Assembly (NCBI GenBank): GCA_000004985.1
Contig: GG739612.1
Length of the DNA: 1,022 bases
Direction: 5' to 3' (one strand)
Source: Naegleria gruberi
Taxonomy: Eukaryota
Shown here: positions 1-1,022 of the stretch, piece by piece
Layout of the letters: the number at the start of each line of letters is the position of its first letter
Numbering within the stretch: the first letter of the stretch is position 1
Program-made: the position numbers and the translations under genes
The notes under the pieces: generated by a model
What the model saw: only the letters and a program-made list of their open reading frames with translations
The model's database searches: none
Told to the model about the DNA's origin: nothing

Positions 1-236
1 ACTGATCAACAAGGTTACTCCATTAGAATATTTAAATAGATATTCCAATTTATTGCACCAGTTTCTTTATGGGGATTAGAAACCCAAATATTAAATTCTA
101 TTCACAATAACTGCTAGTTTTTCTTATCAATTTTGCTTTATAGCTCCCATTCTTTCCTTTATTCCAAATAGCTTTGTTGAATTCAATCACTAATTACACT
201 ACTCCATCCCAAATCATGATTAATTAAGATTCACTA

Positions 237-263
237 CTTGTTCAATATCAATATTTGAACAAG
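237..263. repeat. Perfect 9-bp inverted repeat CTTGTTCAA / TTGAACAAG separated by a 9-nt spacer (TATCAATAT); it lies about 80-105 bp upstream of the U2 start.
   Basis: Read directly: cttgttcaa-tatcaatat-ttgaacaag. The arms are exact reverse complements. A dyad symmetry of this kind is typical of a dimeric DNA-binding-protein site or a hairpin, but function is unknown. Confidence 0.6.
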
Positions 264-305
264 GCATCATAAACATTTTGTCATTCTTCACTCCACAACA
301 AACAG

Positions 306-313
306 AATAAATA
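306..313 (+). promoter_or_regulatory. A/T-rich TATA-like element (AATAAATA) at -36 to -29 relative to the U2 start
   Basis: This is the only A/T block at the position expected for a TATA element of a snRNA promoter in lineages where snRNA genes carry TATA boxes (plants and many protists). It could equally be chance in AT-rich DNA. No convincing PSE/USE could be called; CACTCCACAAC at 289-299 (-53 to -43) is only loosely USE-like. Confidence 0.3.
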
Positions 314-341
314 CTCTGTTCATTATGTAATTCTGAAAACC

Positions 342-529
342 ATCTTTCTCGGCCAATTGGCTTTGATCGAGTGTAGAATCTGTTCTTTTCAGTTTAATTG
401 CTGAAAGCAGCCCACGGGTTGCAATTACTATTAACTCAATTTTTTGTAGGGATCAGGGTTTGAGCTTAATTGCTCACTTTGGTTTGGTTTCAATCAGACC
501 TTGCACAAACAGTCAGATTAGGAGCCACC
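342..529 (+). ncRNA. U2: U2 spliceosomal snRNA gene, ~188 nt; the 3' end is approximate.
   Basis: Direct comparison with the canonical U2 5' domain recalled from memory (AUCGCUUCUCGGCCUUUUGGCUAAGAUCAAGUGUAGUAUCUGUUCUUAUCAGUUUAAUAUCUGAUA). The window reads ATCTTTCTCGGCCAATTGGCTTTGATCGAGTGTAGAATCTGTTCTTTTCAGTTTAATTGCTGAAA at 342-407, roughly 55 of 66 positions identical. Stem-loop I is GGCC-AATT-GGCU at 351-362. Stem-loop IIa is UUCAG...CUGAA at 389-406. Stem-loop IIb is GCAGCC-CACG-GGUUGC at 407-422. The Sm site AAUUUUUUG lies at 438-446 and is followed by GUAGGGAUCAGGG (human: GGAGCAGGGAG). Stem-loop III is UGAGC-UUAAUU-GCUCA at 461-476. A stem-loop IV-like CAGACC-UUGCACAAACA-GUCAG region at 495-516 carries a UUGCA loop similar to the U2B'' binding motif AUUGCAGUACC. 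The terminal GGAGCCACC at 521-529 resembles the human 3' end GGUGCACCC. The length matches human U2 (187 nt). Confidence 0.85.
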
Positions 530-674
530 TAACTCTTTAAGTTAATTGAAAATCATTGCTCAAAGCTATAATCAGACCAAGATTGAGATGTGGAACAGAT
601 TTCTCTCCCAAAGGAATTATTTGATTGTCTGAAGGTGAATTGTGGAAAATTCAATAAGCAGTCTTAAATAACGA

Positions 675-681
675 TATATAA
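675..681 (+). promoter_or_regulatory. TATA-like element (TATATAA) at -29 to -23 relative to the 5S start
   Basis: TATATAA sits about 23 bp upstream of G704. Upstream TATA-like elements at about -25 to -30 are known for 5S genes in several eukaryotes, for example Arabidopsis, Neurospora and Drosophila. AT-rich context raises the chance-occurrence rate. Confidence 0.4.
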
Positions 682-703
682 ACTTTAATTTAAAGAAATG
701 AAT

Positions 704-823
704 GGCTACGGCCATATCACGATGAATGCACCTCATCCCGTCCGATTTGAGAAGTTAAGCATCGTCGAGCCACATCAGTACTGAGGTTGGAGACAACTTG
801 GGAACCTGTGGTGCTGTAGTCTT
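704..823 (+). rRNA. 5S: 5S ribosomal RNA gene (~120 nt)
   Basis: GGCTACGGCCATATCACGATGAATGCACCTCATCCCGTCCGATTTGAGAAGTTAAGCATCGTCGAGCC...GTACTGAGGTTGGAGACAACTTGGGAACCTGTGGTGCTGTAGTCTT matches the universal 5S architecture. The 5' GGCUACGGC (704-712) pairs with the 3' GCUGUAGUC (813-821) to form helix I: 9 bp with two G-U wobbles, the same pattern as in human 5S. A box-A-like GAAGTTAAGC lies at about +48 and a box-C-like GGTTGGAGACAAC at about +80. The CCCGTCCGAT and GTGCTGTAG blocks are conserved. The length is about 120 nt. Confidence 0.92.
751..797 (+). promoter_or_regulatory. 5S internal control region: box A-like (751-765), intermediate element and box C-like (782-797); candidate TFIIIA/TFIIIC recognition region.
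   Basis: By position and sequence it is analogous to the Xenopus 5S ICR (+50 to +97). GAAGTTAAGCATCGTC lies at +48 to +62 and TGAGGTTGGAGACAAC at +79 to +94. Functional assignment rests on established knowledge of 5S genes and is not demonstrable from sequence alone. Confidence 0.45.
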
Positions 824-826
824 TTT
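822..826 (+). terminator. RNA polymerase III oligo-T terminator (T5) at the 5S 3' end
   Basis: A TTTTT run immediately follows the helix-I 3' strand (GCTGTAGTC-TTTTT-ACC). This is the canonical Pol III termination signal. Confidence 0.65.
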
Positions 827-877
827 ACCTTAATGCTCTAATTTATTGTTAAATGTTCATTTGGACTGGCTATTGTT

Positions 878-895
878 AAGGATAATAAGGATAAT
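878..895. repeat. Tandem direct repeat, 2 x AAGGATAAT. A nearby 9-bp direct repeat TATTGTTAA occurs at 844-852 and 871-879.
   Basis: Read directly in the 5S downstream flank as gttAAGGATAATAAGGATAATtt. It is short and low-complexity, with no known function. Confidence 0.55.
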
Positions 896-943
896 TTAAT
901 TTGATTATTTACAATATATATGATAGATTTGGGTCAACTTGGT

Positions 944-1022
944 TTAGAAACACTTTCTATGAACGATGGCACATCCAGCATCTTCATACTCCTCTGCTGT
1001 GATCCACATAGATGAAAGGTGA
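944..1022 (-). CDS. Possible C-terminal end of a minus-strand protein-coding gene running in from beyond the window edge. The peptide is ...HLSSMWITAEEYEDAGCAIVHRKCF and the stop codon is TAA at 946-944.
   Basis: A 25-codon open frame reaches the window edge and has a mixed, non-low-complexity amino-acid composition. The other two minus frames contain stops. On the minus strand an AATAAA hexamer (complement of 843-848) lies about 100 nt downstream of the stop. This is very short and could be chance; there is no homology I can recognise. Confidence 0.15.
   Translation of the reverse strand, partial: HLSSMWITAEEYEDAGCAIVHRKCF

Noticed and set aside
306-313. AATAAATA, considered as a possible poly(A) signal of an upstream plus-strand gene.
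   Set aside because: No upstream ORF is present in 1-305, since all frames have stops. Its position at -36 to -29 of U2 makes a TATA-like role more parsimonious, though neither role is proven.
352-361. Perfect 10-bp palindrome GCCAATTGGC containing CCAAT on both strands. It initially looked like a double CCAAT box or protein-binding palindrome.
   Set aside because: It is the stem (GGCC/GGCU) and loop (AAUU) of U2 stem-loop I, in exactly the position of human GGCCUUUUGGCU. This is RNA structure, not a promoter element.
407-422. GC-rich hairpin GCAGCC-CACG-GGTTGC, considered as a possible terminator or regulatory hairpin.
   Set aside because: It corresponds to U2 stem-loop IIb (human GUCCUC-UAUCC-GAGGAC) and is part of the snRNA.
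395-480. Considered a spliced-leader (SL) RNA gene, because SL genes are often embedded in 5S repeats and the region has an Sm-like site (AAUUUUUUG), hairpins and TTTGAG motifs.
   Set aside because: The same Sm site and hairpins are fully explained as U2 stem-loops IIa/IIb, the U2 Sm site and stem-loop III. There is no SL exon followed by a GT donor, and no match to nematode SL1, Hydra, dinoflagellate or Oikopleura SL sequences on either strand.
543-552. TAATTGAAAA, identical to a segment of U4 snRNA (CUAAUUGAAAACU).
   Set aside because: No U4 5' stem, no U6-interaction region and no Sm site is present in correct context. Isolated 10-mer matches are expected in AT-rich DNA.
959-1015. Plus-strand ATG ORF (MNDGTSSIFILLCCDPHR*).
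   Set aside because: It is only 18 codons, has no supporting signals and overlaps the more plausible minus-strand frame. It is most likely chance.
1-1022. Scanned both strands for tRNA A/B boxes (GGTTCGANTCC), for U1, U4, U5 and U6 snRNA core motifs, and for snoRNA C/D boxes. Also checked for prokaryotic features: CRISPR repeats, operon-like ORFs, Shine-Dalgarno or sigma70 promoters.
   Set aside because: None were found. The window is eukaryotic small-RNA gene DNA with frequent stops in all frames. No ORF longer than about 25 codons exists, so no defence or novel protein system can be supported here.

Overview
This 1022-bp window is AT-rich (~68% A+T by eye) and looks eukaryotic and nuclear. 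It carries two small-RNA genes in tandem on the + strand, read directly from the sequence with no database search. The first is a U2 spliceosomal snRNA gene (~342-529). It is recognisable by near-identity to the conserved U2 5' domain (stem-loop I, branchpoint-recognition region, stem-loops IIa/IIb), an Sm site AAUUUUUUG, stem-loop III and a U2B''-type TTGCA loop. The second is a 5S rRNA gene (704-823), ~175 bp downstream, with internal box A/box C-like elements, a helix-I 5'/3' pairing and an oligo-T Pol III terminator. Each gene has an A/T-rich TATA-like element about 25-35 bp upstream. The U2 copy differs at one base from the almost universally conserved branchpoint-pairing hexamer (GUAGAA instead of GUAGUA). 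The 5S 3' domain (GGUUGGAGACAAC) resembles protist/amoebozoan-type 5S more than metazoan, plant or fungal forms. I cannot assign a lineage. No long ORF is present. The only coding-like signal is a 25-codon open frame entering from the 3' edge on the minus strand, which ends in TAA and has an AATAAA about 100 nt downstream (possibly a convergent gene tail). There is no evidence of prokaryotic defence systems, CRISPR, a mobile element or any novel multi-gene system. The interesting content is the linked U2-5S small-RNA locus and the variant U2.
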